Source: a virus (taxonomy: Duplodnaviria; Caudoviricetes). From it: 64,000 nt of DNA. How positions within the stretch are numbered: position 1 is the stretch's first letter; each line of letters starts with the position of its first letter. Both the position numbers and the translations under genes were made by a program. The notes beneath the pieces were generated by a model. That model had not been told where the DNA came from. It was given only the letters and a program-made list of their open reading frames with translations, and made no database searches. The stretch spans positions 1-64,000 of the IMG/VR virus record IMGVR_UViG_3300009979_000004; one strand, 5' to 3'. Shown here in pieces: positions 36,290-44,659 of the stretch.

Positions 36290-36372
36290 TCTGGTGTAGT
36301 TCAAGTTAGAACCCTGTATAGGTCCTGTAAAAAGGCTTCAGGCGGTTGGCAGTGCAAGTCTGCTCACCAGAA
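36290..36372 (+). ncRNA. tRNA-like RNA 3 (83 nt) with an anticodon arm 11 nt longer than canonical
   Basis: Perfect acceptor TCTGGTG/CACCAGA, D-arm GTTC-AAGTTA-GAAC, T-arm GGCAG-TGCAAGT-CTGCT. Confidence 0.7.
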
Positions 36373-36394
36373 CTTAATATAAAAACTATATACA

Positions 36395-36652
36395 ATGTCA
36401 GAAAGAAAAGATGGTGCCCAGGTAAATGAAGAACTAACCTTTGGACAAAAAGCTGTTGGCCTCACATTTAATCCAGGAGGTAATCCTTCTGTAAACAAGA
36501 TCAAGAAACTATACGCAGATGTGATTGATGAACTGAATGAAGAAAGAGAGAGAACAGAAAATCCTGAAGCTAAGAGACAACTGTCAGTAGCTATTACAGA
36601 AGCCCAGACATCTCAGATGTGGGCTGTGAAAGCTGTTACATGGCAATATTAA
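36395..36652 (+). CDS. Acb2/Tad1-hairpin-like protein; candidate immune second-messenger sponge
   Basis: LTFGQKAVGLTFNPGG...IK..YA.VID...LSVAITEAQTSQMWAVKA pattern, matched from memory. Confidence 0.55.
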   Translation: MSERKDGAQVNEELTFGQKAVGLTFNPGGNPSVNKIKKLYADVIDELNEERERTENPEAKRQLSVAITEAQTSQMWAVKAVTWQY

Positions 36653-36678
36653 TATTTACTCATACAATCTAAAGTATA

Positions 36679-36795
36679 GAATCCTCGCTAGGTGTCTACC
36701 TTATGAGGTTTTTAGACGTAAAGAAATCAGAACACACTTTTTGCCCTACAACACAACCTGGACCTCTTTTGATTTCTATCAGGAAGAGGTCTTTT
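36679..36795 (+). terminator. Two tandem terminator-like hairpins
   Basis: GAATCCTCG...TGAGGTTTTT (36679-36713) and GACCTCTTTTGAT/ATCAGGAAGAGGTC+TTTT (36761-36795). Confidence 0.6.
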
Positions 36796-36805
36796 GTTAT
36801 AAACT

Positions 36806-37111
36806 ATGAAGCGTAAGACATATAAGGATACTACACAGTACAAACATCTCGCTGAGGGCGTTGTCAACTATCGTAATAAACTCTTACAATCTATCATTAT
36901 GTATAAAGCAATTTGTAGAGTTATCTACAAGGAAGGTCCGTATTCTGTGACCAAGCAAATCTCTACTTTGGAGACCTACTATATGGTTTCTGACGGGATA
37001 TATGTTTTCACTACCAGGGAATGCCCTGAGCTTACACTTGAGGCCATACAGGCCGAAATGGAAGAATATAAATTCATGAGAAGAGAAAAGATCCGTGAAG
37101 ATTCTGAATAA
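36806..37111 (+). CDS. Hypothetical protein
   Basis: Tiled ORF. Confidence 0.6.
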   Translation: MKRKTYKDTTQYKHLAEGVVNYRNKLLQSIIMYKAICRVIYKEGPYSVTKQISTLETYYMVSDGIYVFTTRECPELTLEAIQAEMEEYKFMRREKIREDSE

Positions 37112-37131
37112 AAACTCAATCAAATAATAAT

Positions 37132-37413
37132 ATGGCTAAATCAACAAAAGAAACCGTTCCAGAACTTATAAAAGAGATAGAGGATCTCCGAAAGGAGAAC
37201 GCAAGGTTGGAAAACACCTTACAGGATATATACGCCAAGGAGCTGTCAGGCAGAGTAGAAGAACAAAAAACTATAAATAATGTTATTGAAGATTCCCTAT
37301 TTGAGATAAAAGCTGCCAATAATGCTATAGTAGAAGCTATGCAAAATCTTGCAAGATTATTACATGCTAATGATCAACACCTGACATTAGTTATGACAGC
37401 CATGCAAAGCTAA
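37132..37413 (+). CDS. Coiled-coil hypothetical protein
   Basis: Heptad-rich 93 aa. Confidence 0.65.
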   Translation: MAKSTKETVPELIKEIEDLRKENARLENTLQDIYAKELSGRVEEQKTINNVIEDSLFEIKAANNAIVEAMQNLARLLHANDQHLTLVMTAMQS

Positions 37414-37430
37414 GGGTAGGCAAGCCCACG

Positions 37431-37458
37431 AGCCGTACTTCACAGTGCGGCTTTTTTA
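37431..37458 (+). terminator. Intrinsic terminator
   Basis: AGCCGTAC-TTCACA-GTGCGGCT followed by T-run. Confidence 0.75.
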
Positions 37459-37487
37459 TTCTATATTGCAACGAAACACACAACATT

Positions 37488-37946
37488 ATGACGCTTGAAC
37501 AACAGAGAAAATCATTTGATGATTTCGTTTACAAAATGCATACAGTCATGCTGAAGAAAGGAGATGACTATTCTAACGAAGACCGTTTATCCAACTTCAA
37601 GCTTGCAGGAAATATTTGTGGAATTAAGCCAGAGCTTAATTGTCTCAATCTTATTGCTACTAAAGTGGCTCGTCTGGGAGTGCTTTTGAACTCACAAAGC
37701 AGTCCACAGAATGAAAGTATACAGGATTCCCTGCTCGATCTTGCAAATTATACAATTCTATTAAGCATGCTATTGGAAGATACGAGATCAATGACTGTCA
37801 ACTTAGAATGTAATTCGGGACTAAATATATTTCCTGACAAACTGCGGGAGATAAAGATGACGAAGATTAAAGAAGAAGATCTTCATCCTCTAGGAGAGCA
37901 ACCAGACCCCAATCAGCTCTATGGAAACAAGTCTATGCCATTTTGA
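37488..37946 (+). CDS. DUF1599/Nmad1-like all-alpha NTP pyrophosphohydrolase-fold protein
   Basis: LKKGDDYS...LSNFK...KVARL...NESIQDSLLDLANY. Confidence 0.75.
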   Translation: MTLEQQRKSFDDFVYKMHTVMLKKGDDYSNEDRLSNFKLAGNICGIKPELNCLNLIATKVARLGVLLNSQSSPQNESIQDSLLDLANYTILLSMLLEDTRSMTVNLECNSGLNIFPDKLREIKMTKIKEEDLHPLGEQPDPNQLYGNKSMPF

Positions 37947-37977
37947 AAACAATTCTATGACATTTTAAAGATTACAC

Positions 37978-38205
37978 GTGAAAAAGAGTATAGTAGGCTA
38001 CGTATGGTTTACCTCGACCAACTGTGTAGGCATCGTGCTAACCAGGACAGAGCAGGAAGAGTATAAAGCATTTATAGGACTGGCATCTGGCAAGAATATC
38101 CAAAGGGATATCAGGCAAATAGCGGACTGGGGAGCAAAGTTTCCTTATAGAGAAGCTATAAGCCTGATTACACAATTTGGCACCTGGATATCTCCTAAAG
38201 ATTGA
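37978..38205 (+). CDS. Conserved phage hypothetical protein
   Basis: WFT...VGIV...KAFIG...G...DI..I..WGAKFP pattern. Confidence 0.7.
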   Translation: MKKSIVGYVWFTSTNCVGIVLTRTEQEEYKAFIGLASGKNIQRDIRQIADWGAKFPYREAISLITQFGTWISPKD

Positions 38206-38241
38206 CAGAAATTATTTATATTTAAATCACAAATTCCCTAT

Positions 38242-38454
38242 ATGATAGAAGGCACTACAATAAAAAATGGCACCCTAAAGTTGATTCTTACCGGTACAGA
38301 CGAGATTGACCGGGAGATTCTAAAGAAACTGAATGGCGCTACCTGCAAGTTGGTTAGTGACAATTTTAAAGTAGGAGACCGCTCTATAGCAGAAGGACTG
38401 CTTATAGAACTTGTTACTACTCCTACAGAGAGATCTAGAACAGAGAAAGATTAA
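38242..38454 (+). CDS. Hypothetical protein
   Basis: Tiled ORF. Confidence 0.65.
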   Translation: MIEGTTIKNGTLKLILTGTDEIDREILKKLNGATCKLVSDNFKVGDRSIAEGLLIELVTTPTERSRTEKD

Positions 38455-38459
38455 ATATA

Positions 38460-39125
38460 ATGAACCTTAAGGAAGAGTTAGGAGAATGGTATGAATTACT
38501 ATCTCCTGAATTCAAGAAACCGTATATGGTAAAGATCGGAAAGCAAATAACGCTTGATCTTTCCAGGATACAGCCAGCCTTATCAGATATACTCAGGGTA
38601 TATAGAGAATGTCCACCTGCTGGAGTGAAGGTGGTCATCATGGGACAAGATCCCTATTACAATGGAACTGCTGATGGATTTGCCTTTAGCACAAGAGCCA
38701 AAACTATTCCTGCTTCTTTAAGAGTGATCTTTAAGGAACTGGAGAGAACAGGGTATGGCTTAAGGACTAATGCAGATCTTACAGACTGGGTTAGTCAGGG
38801 AGTGTTTCTGCTCAATGCTTCGCTAACCACTACATCAGGAGTTGCAGGCGCTCATAAGAGTTTAGGATGGGAAAAATTCATACAGGCTACTCTTGCTCAT
38901 ATTATAAACAGAGATCAGCCTTATGTATTTATAGCATGGGGCAGAGATGCTCAGAATATAATTGATAAAGCTACTGTATCCAAGAGTAGTAATTGGATGA
39001 TCCTCAAAGGAATTCATCCTGCAGCAACACTCTATAATCCAACACTGTCATTCGATACTAACCATTTCAATCTGACAAATGAGTATCTTGTACGTAACAA
39101 TAAAACTCCTATCAAATGGGTATAA
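38460..39125 (+). CDS. ung: Uracil-DNA glycosylase (family 1)
   Basis: VVIMGQDPY, GVFLLN, WGRDA and HPAA motifs. Confidence 0.92.
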   Translation: MNLKEELGEWYELLSPEFKKPYMVKIGKQITLDLSRIQPALSDILRVYRECPPAGVKVVIMGQDPYYNGTADGFAFSTRAKTIPASLRVIFKELERTGYGLRTNADLTDWVSQGVFLLNASLTTTSGVAGAHKSLGWEKFIQATLAHIINRDQPYVFIAWGRDAQNIIDKATVSKSSNWMILKGIHPAATLYNPTLSFDTNHFNLTNEYLVRNNKTPIKWV

Positions 39126-39133
39126 TAAAACGT

Positions 39134-39295
39134 ATGAGGAACTTTTTGCGAAGTAAAAAAGTTATAAACACTCAGCTTTTTGCAGAACCAACTTCTAAGC
39201 CGGAGCGAAGCAACTCGGCTCCAAAAGCAATCGTACCACCTTTTGGTTATGGTGGAGAAGGTCCGGAAAGCGCTGAGGAAATGAGAGCACTATGA
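39134..39295 (+). CDS. Small hypothetical protein (53 aa) translationally coupled to polA
   Basis: MRNFLRSKK...EEMRAL. The stop overlaps the polA ATG (ATGA). Confidence 0.5.
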   Translation: MRNFLRSKKVINTQLFAEPTSKPERSNSAPKAIVPPFGYGGEGPESAEEMRAL

Positions 39296-41463
39296 ACAAC
39301 AAGATATATGTATTAGGACAGGCTCCTGAAGATGAACGCTATGAAAACAGCTTATGGGAGAACTTTGTCCAGTGGGCATCATCTCTTAGAGAATTCCAGT
39401 TGGATATAGAGACTGATATCACCAAAGACTGGTGTACCCGAAAGTTGATTACTATCCAGTTTGGGTCTTGTGATTGCTACGATAAAGTACAGTGGGTTAT
39501 CCAGTGGAGTTCTCTGTCTGAAGAACAACAGCAATGGCTTAAGGTGTACCTGGAAGACAGTAGCAGAAAGAAGCTGATCCATAATGCTGCCTATGAGTAT
39601 ATCGTTCTTCGCTTTCATGGAATAGAAATTGATAACATCTATGACACCATGCTGGTAGAGAAGATCCTCAATGGTGGTATAGAGAATGAAAATTATGCAC
39701 TGGCAGATATTTCTTACAAGTATGTAAACGTGAAGCTCGACAAGACAGAACAGAAAAACTTTGGAGACGATATTCTTACTGCTGACAAAGTGATCTATGC
39801 AGCTACTGATGTTACCTTTCTGGATTGTATTCGCAGAATGCAGCTTCCCGAGGTAGGAAGATGGAATCTTTATGCAGTGGTTGCTTTAGAAAATGATGTA
39901 GTGACTGCCTTTAGTGAAATCACTTATCATGGGCTGGTTATGGATGTTGCAAAGTGGAAAGAGAATGAATCGCTGGCACAGCCAATTGTAGACCAGGCTC
40001 TTCTAAGATTGAATGAATGGCTATTGAAGGATGAGAAGCTAAATACCAAAGCACATGAACTTGGATATCTGAGTAAAGAAGACCGGCTATTATACAATAT
40101 GAATGCCCCTCAGCAAAAACGTGAGCTGCTTAGTCTGCTCTTTCCAAATATTCCCGGGGCCACTAAAATCATTCTAAAGAAATATCTATCAGAAAATCAA
40201 CTCTCTGATGAGGATAGGGCACTGCTGGAAGGAGTCCAGGAGAAGAATTACATGCTACTGAATGAGCGTGTCATGAAACATCATAGGCAGTATCTTATAG
40301 AAAAGGACTGGCTGATTCCTGCCAATCAGGTGAAGCTCAACTGGAATAGTACTACTCAGGTACTTCCTCTTCTAAAAGCTGTTCATCCAAGGCTCAGGGA
40401 TCTGTCGGAACAATCTGTTGCTAAGACAACCCACCCGGTATTTGCTGACCTCTCTGAATACAAGGATAGTCTGAAGCTTATTAGTACCTATGGACAGAAA
40501 TTCATAGACGATCATTTGGAGTGTGATGGAAGAGTTAGAACTGAGTTTAATCAGATTGTCAGTACAGGTAGGGTAAGTTCCAAGAGACCAAACTTCCAGA
40601 ATATCCCTGCTAAGAAATCTGTCGGTACACGTTATCGTAATGCGTTTGTATACGAGCCAGGATGGGTATTCGTAGATAGTGATTACATCAGCCAGGAACT
40701 AGTGCTAATAGCTTATGCTTCCAAAGATCCGGTATGGATGGAAGCTATAGAAAAAGGACAGGATCTTCACAGCGTATGTGCAGAACTTGTATATAAGAAT
40801 AAGTGGAAAGATGCTGCAGATAATAACTGTGATTACTATACGAAGGGAAAGCAAAAGTGTAACTGTAGTCGGCATAAAACCCTTAGGGATTCTGTAAAGA
40901 CCGTGAATTTCGGTCTGGCTTATGGGATGAGTGAAATGAAACTCTCTGCTACTACCAAGACTTCTATACATGAAGCTGCTGCACTTATTGAAGAATACTT
41001 CAGGGTATTTCCAAATATTGGCAGGACATTAAAATATTTTGGTACCTTCGGAGTTCAGAGAGGTTATATACAAACGCTTCCACCATTTCTTAGAAAGAGA
41101 TGGTTCCCATACTGGAAGCTAAGTAGGGCAAACATAGAAACTCATCTCAGGGGAGTTGATTATGATCATAATCTTGGAGCAATAGAAAGGCAGTCTAAGA
41201 ATCTTCCGATACAGGGAGCAGCTGCGGATATTACCAAGACTGCTATGGTTATGATCTATCAATATATCAGAGAACATGGTATGAAAGACAAGGTACACAT
41301 AGTAGCTCAGGTACATGATCAGATTACTACTGTATGCCGGGAAGAAATCAAGGAAGAATGGAAAAGTTCCCTGGATAAACTCATGTGTGATGCAGCTAAA
41401 TTTGTCATACCTACCGGAATCTTAAAAGCGGACACTAATATCTCAACCACATGGACCAAGTAA
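39292..41463 (+). CDS. polA: DNA polymerase, family A, with 3'-5' exonuclease
   Basis: Exo motifs DIET, HNAAYE and YAATD. Pol motifs TGRVSSKRPNFQNIP, DYISQE, KTVNFGLAYG, PIQGAAAD and QVHDQ. Confidence 0.95.
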   Translation: MNNKIYVLGQAPEDERYENSLWENFVQWASSLREFQLDIETDITKDWCTRKLITIQFGSCDCYDKVQWVIQWSSLSEEQQQWLKVYLEDSSRKKLIHNAAYEYIVLRFHGIEIDNIYDTMLVEKILNGGIENENYALADISYKYVNVKLDKTEQKNFGDDILTADKVIYAATDVTFLDCIRRMQLPEVGRWNLYAVVALENDVVTAFSEITYHGLVMDVAKWKENESLAQPIVDQALLRLNEWLLKDEKLNTKAHELGYLSKEDRLLYNMNAPQQKRELLSLLFPNIPGATKIILKKYLSENQLSDEDRALLEGVQEKNYMLLNERVMKHHRQYLIEKDWLIPANQVKLNWNSTTQVLPLLKAVHPRLRDLSEQSVAKTTHPVFADLSEYKDSLKLISTYGQKFIDDHLECDGRVRTEFNQIVSTGRVSSKRPNFQNIPAKKSVGTRYRNAFVYEPGWVFVDSDYISQELVLIAYASKDPVWMEAIEKGQDLHSVCAELVYKNKWKDAADNNCDYYTKGKQKCNCSRHKTLRDSVKTVNFGLAYGMSEMKLSATTKTSIHEAAALIEEYFRVFPNIGRTLKYFGTFGVQRGYIQTLPPFLRKRWFPYWKLSRANIETHLRGVDYDHNLGAIERQSKNLPIQGAAADITKTAMVMIYQYIREHGMKDKVHIVAQVHDQITTVCREEIKEEWKSSLDKLMCDAAKFVIPTGILKADTNISTTWTK

Positions 41464-42032
41464 AAGATAAGACATGTACACGTTGCCATAAAGCATTCCC
41501 AAGAAATACGTTTCCAAAGAATTCTCATAACAAAGACGGATATAACTCCTGGTGTTCTAAATGCAGTACTTCTCATGGATCCGAAATCCGGAGACTGCAG
41601 AGAGCAAAGATGCTTTCCAATGTTTCTCCTTATGCTATTCCGGGAGTCCATATTAAGACTATTGGACCTTCTGGTTCAAATGGATCTCCATTAATAGAAA
41701 GAATCAAGGAAGCTATTTCCAAAGTCACAGGGCTAACCTGGGATGAGATATTGAACACCAGGAAACTTAAAAGTGGACCACGTGCTACAGCCAGGGCAAG
41801 ACATCTATTTGCCTACATTACAAAAGTGATGGCACCACATCTGTCTCTTAATGAAATTGGAAAACTGATGGGAGGCAACCATCATACTACTGTTATGTAT
41901 GGGATCAATACTATTGAAGGATACATCAGCATCAATGATGATGAAACCATGCAGCAAATTCAGCAGTTGAAACTATTATTTTCAAATATTAAACTCTCAG
42001 ACAATGCAACAAAACCCACCAACCCTGTTTAA
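41451..42032 (+). CDS. Zinc-finger plus DnaA C-terminal (domain IV-like) HTH fusion
   Basis: CTRC...F.KN...DGYNSWCSKC, then ARHLFAY...LSLNEIGKLMGGNHHTTVMYG. Confidence 0.7.
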   Translation: MDQVKDKTCTRCHKAFPRNTFPKNSHNKDGYNSWCSKCSTSHGSEIRRLQRAKMLSNVSPYAIPGVHIKTIGPSGSNGSPLIERIKEAISKVTGLTWDEILNTRKLKSGPRATARARHLFAYITKVMAPHLSLNEIGKLMGGNHHTTVMYGINTIEGYISINDDETMQQIQQLKLLFSNIKLSDNATKPTNPV

Positions 42033-42591
42033 CCGGGAAGTGAAGAATTTCTCCAAGACGATCGAAGAGCTGACCTACAATGATGTAGCCAGGACACTCT
42101 TCTTTACCAGGATCGCCAGTCTACAGCTAAGAGCTCTGAGCAGGTCTCAGATTATCTCTGACGGTATCAGGAACATGATCTATTATACACTGGATACTAT
42201 CCGTAAGTGTGACTATAGAATGGTTTCTGCTATTGGAAAGGATAGGGAAGCCCTCTTATGGAAAGAACTGAAAAAGGACAAAGTCTATGACATTGGAAAC
42301 CTCGTAGAAAGCATGATGATAATCTCTAATGATGAATCTCATTCTACTTATGAGGAACAATTAGGACTTGTTACCACATGGATAGAAGCTATAACCAAGA
42401 TGCAAAAAAAGAATCGTAAAGTAGATATTAGAAAGTATGCAGCTATGATACAGTTTATGTTGGAAGAAATGAAAGCTGAAGCTGAAGGCGGTATTACTTC
42501 AGTGGTCTACGATTCTCAGACAAATGAATTAAATTTCAAACTAGTACAGCCTAATAGCAATGTACCTGTTCAACCAACTATCACTAAATAA
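42004..42591 (+). CDS. Hypothetical protein
   Basis: 195 aa helical ORF. Confidence 0.7.
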   Translation: MQQNPPTLFNREVKNFSKTIEELTYNDVARTLFFTRIASLQLRALSRSQIISDGIRNMIYYTLDTIRKCDYRMVSAIGKDREALLWKELKKDKVYDIGNLVESMMIISNDESHSTYEEQLGLVTTWIEAITKMQKKNRKVDIRKYAAMIQFMLEEMKAEAEGGITSVVYDSQTNELNFKLVQPNSNVPVQPTITK

Positions 42592-42597
42592 AAGACT

Positions 42598-44160
42598 ATG
42601 CAACTCTCTGTAGACACAGGGTTTGAGCTTAACAAGGACCAATCAGAGGCCTTTGAATCTCTTACCCGTATGGTTCTTGATAAAGACAAGACTTCTATTG
42701 CAGTCTTGATAGGCTATGCAGGCACAGGAAAGAGCTATACGATCAACAGAGTTGTAGAACATTGCCTTTCTGTAATGCCTATTCTGAGATTTGCTATGAC
42801 TGCTCCGACACATAAAGCAGTAAGGGTATTGAAAGCAACTTCAGAAAATCCTGATGATTTCTTATTCTCTACTATTCATTCCCTACTGGGATTACAACAG
42901 GATGTAACTTCCAAAGGAAAAGTGATCTATACCCGTGATCCACTATCTATTCCGGACAAGATCAGAAATGTAGACATCCTGATAGTTGATGAAGCAAGCA
43001 TGCTGAATGCAGAGCTATTCGATCACCTGATTAATTTTCAAAAGAGGCTTTCATTCAAGCTTATCTTTGTAGGAGATGCGAAACAGATCAATCCTATAGG
43101 AGAAGAAAAATCCAATCCATTCATTTCCACGGTACAACAAAAGCATGATATGAAAGTCATCACACTTTCAAAGATTGTAAGACAGGCTGGTGAGAATCCC
43201 ATCATAGATTATGCTACTGCTATCCGAAGCAACCAGAAGTATGACCTCAACTCTGCCGATAAAGGAGATACTGGTATTTCCTGTATTGGTAAAACGATGT
43301 TCGCTCTTGCTCCTATACTGGAGAAATACTTTCTAAGTGAAGAGTTTAAAGCTAATCCAGACTATGTTAAAATTATAGCCTGGAGAAATCAGACAGTAGA
43401 TGAATTCAATCGTGTAGTAAGACAGATGGTCTATAAAAAGAAAGTCCTTCCCAAAATACTAGAAGGAGAATATCTGGTTGCAGATAAACCTATAGTAAAG
43501 TGGGATGTCAAAGCAAACAGGTGGGCAAGCATTATTAATACTAATGAGGAGATGACAGTTACCAGGATTCATGGAGTTATTGATTATCCAATTACTTATA
43601 AGCTGTATGAACTTGTCAAGAAAGTCTTTTCTACGAGGGAACATGCCATTAGCTATATAGAGAATGAAACTTCTATCTCTCAAAAAGGAAGAGACTTCTG
43701 GTCAACCAAGCTTGCTCTTCATGACTTTGCCAATGGGCCATTTTCTATGAGGTACAGGATCTGGAACAGGTATGAAACTTGCGTAAAAGTGTATCGTTGT
43801 ACTGTGAGACTGGCACAGGGCTGTAGTAACTTTTTAGATCATACAATAGATATTCTCCATGAATCTTCTGAAGGAGAATTTGAAGATGTCTTAAAGCAAA
43901 TCAAGCAGTGTGCTTTATCTGTCACAGATGACCTGATCCGCAGGCAGGTATGGGTAGGCTATTATAATATACAGAATCATTTTGCCTATACAAAGTATAA
44001 CTATGCTTTAACCTCTCACAAGTCTCAGGGATCTACCTATGAATACGCTATCATTCATGATTGGGATATCAATCTTAACACGAATGAAGAAGAGAAAAAC
44101 CGGATCAAGTATGTGGCTGTTACAAGAGCTAGAAACAAATTATTCATTGTAAAAGAATAG
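42598..44160 (+). CDS. Dda/RecD-like SF1B helicase
   Basis: GYAGTGKS, APTHKA, VDEASM, VGDAKQ, HKSQGSTY and YVAVTRA motifs. Confidence 0.9.
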   Translation: MQLSVDTGFELNKDQSEAFESLTRMVLDKDKTSIAVLIGYAGTGKSYTINRVVEHCLSVMPILRFAMTAPTHKAVRVLKATSENPDDFLFSTIHSLLGLQQDVTSKGKVIYTRDPLSIPDKIRNVDILIVDEASMLNAELFDHLINFQKRLSFKLIFVGDAKQINPIGEEKSNPFISTVQQKHDMKVITLSKIVRQAGENPIIDYATAIRSNQKYDLNSADKGDTGISCIGKTMFALAPILEKYFLSEEFKANPDYVKIIAWRNQTVDEFNRVVRQMVYKKKVLPKILEGEYLVADKPIVKWDVKANRWASIINTNEEMTVTRIHGVIDYPITYKLYELVKKVFSTREHAISYIENETSISQKGRDFWSTKLALHDFANGPFSMRYRIWNRYETCVKVYRCTVRLAQGCSNFLDHTIDILHESSEGEFEDVLKQIKQCALSVTDDLIRRQVWVGYYNIQNHFAYTKYNYALTSHKSQGSTYEYAIIHDWDINLNTNEEEKNRIKYVAVTRARNKLFIVKE

Positions 44161-44162
44161 AT

Positions 44163-44444
44163 ATGAAATTAGAAATGACTCAGGAGAGCTATAAGTCAGA
44201 GATCCGTTTGGAAGACATCCTGATAAAATGTTCTCATACTAAGAGAAGGGCTCAGATAGAAGCTCTTGTTGACAACCAGGATGTAGATGCTTTGCTGGAG
44301 ATGATGAAGCAGATAACCGAGCAGGCATATATTGCAGGACTCAACAGGATCAGCCTGGATAATATACAGCTGGATCATCAGGGGTATACCGGGGATCTGG
44401 CAGTACTCGTAAAGAACTTCTTAAAAGACAAAGGGCTATGTTAA
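44163..44444 (+). CDS. Hypothetical protein
   Basis: Tiled ORF. Confidence 0.65.
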   Translation: MKLEMTQESYKSEIRLEDILIKCSHTKRRAQIEALVDNQDVDALLEMMKQITEQAYIAGLNRISLDNIQLDHQGYTGDLAVLVKNFLKDKGLC

Positions 44445-44659
44445 AGGAGACAGATATTCAAAAAGTAGATAAACTCAGGAAACAACTCAGTGATATGTTT
44501 AATTCACTGGACTTTGCAAAGGCATTTATGAGAGATGCTATTTATTGTAGTGAAGACTTATATAACAAACATTGTTTGAGTTTGGAACGTATCAAAGGAC
44601 TGCTGGCTAATATCAATACACAACTCTTAAAAGATGGTATAGCCATCATAGAACCATGA
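44438..44659 (+). CDS. Hypothetical protein
   Basis: Tiled ORF. Confidence 0.6.
   Translation: MLKETDIQKVDKLRKQLSDMFNSLDFAKAFMRDAIYCSEDLYNKHCLSLERIKGLLANINTQLLKDGIAIIEP

Noticed and set aside
24437-36372. Ordinary intron-containing tRNAs
   Set aside because: Removing a 37/38 intron gives loops lacking U33 (TCATGA.., TAGGTC..), and no bulge-helix-bulge motif was seen. Not fully excluded without RNA data.
15718-41463. Inteins or introns in TerL, portal, MCP, PolA or helicases
   Set aside because: Sizes are normal and catalytic motifs are contiguous, with no splice-junction or homing-endonuclease inserts recognised.
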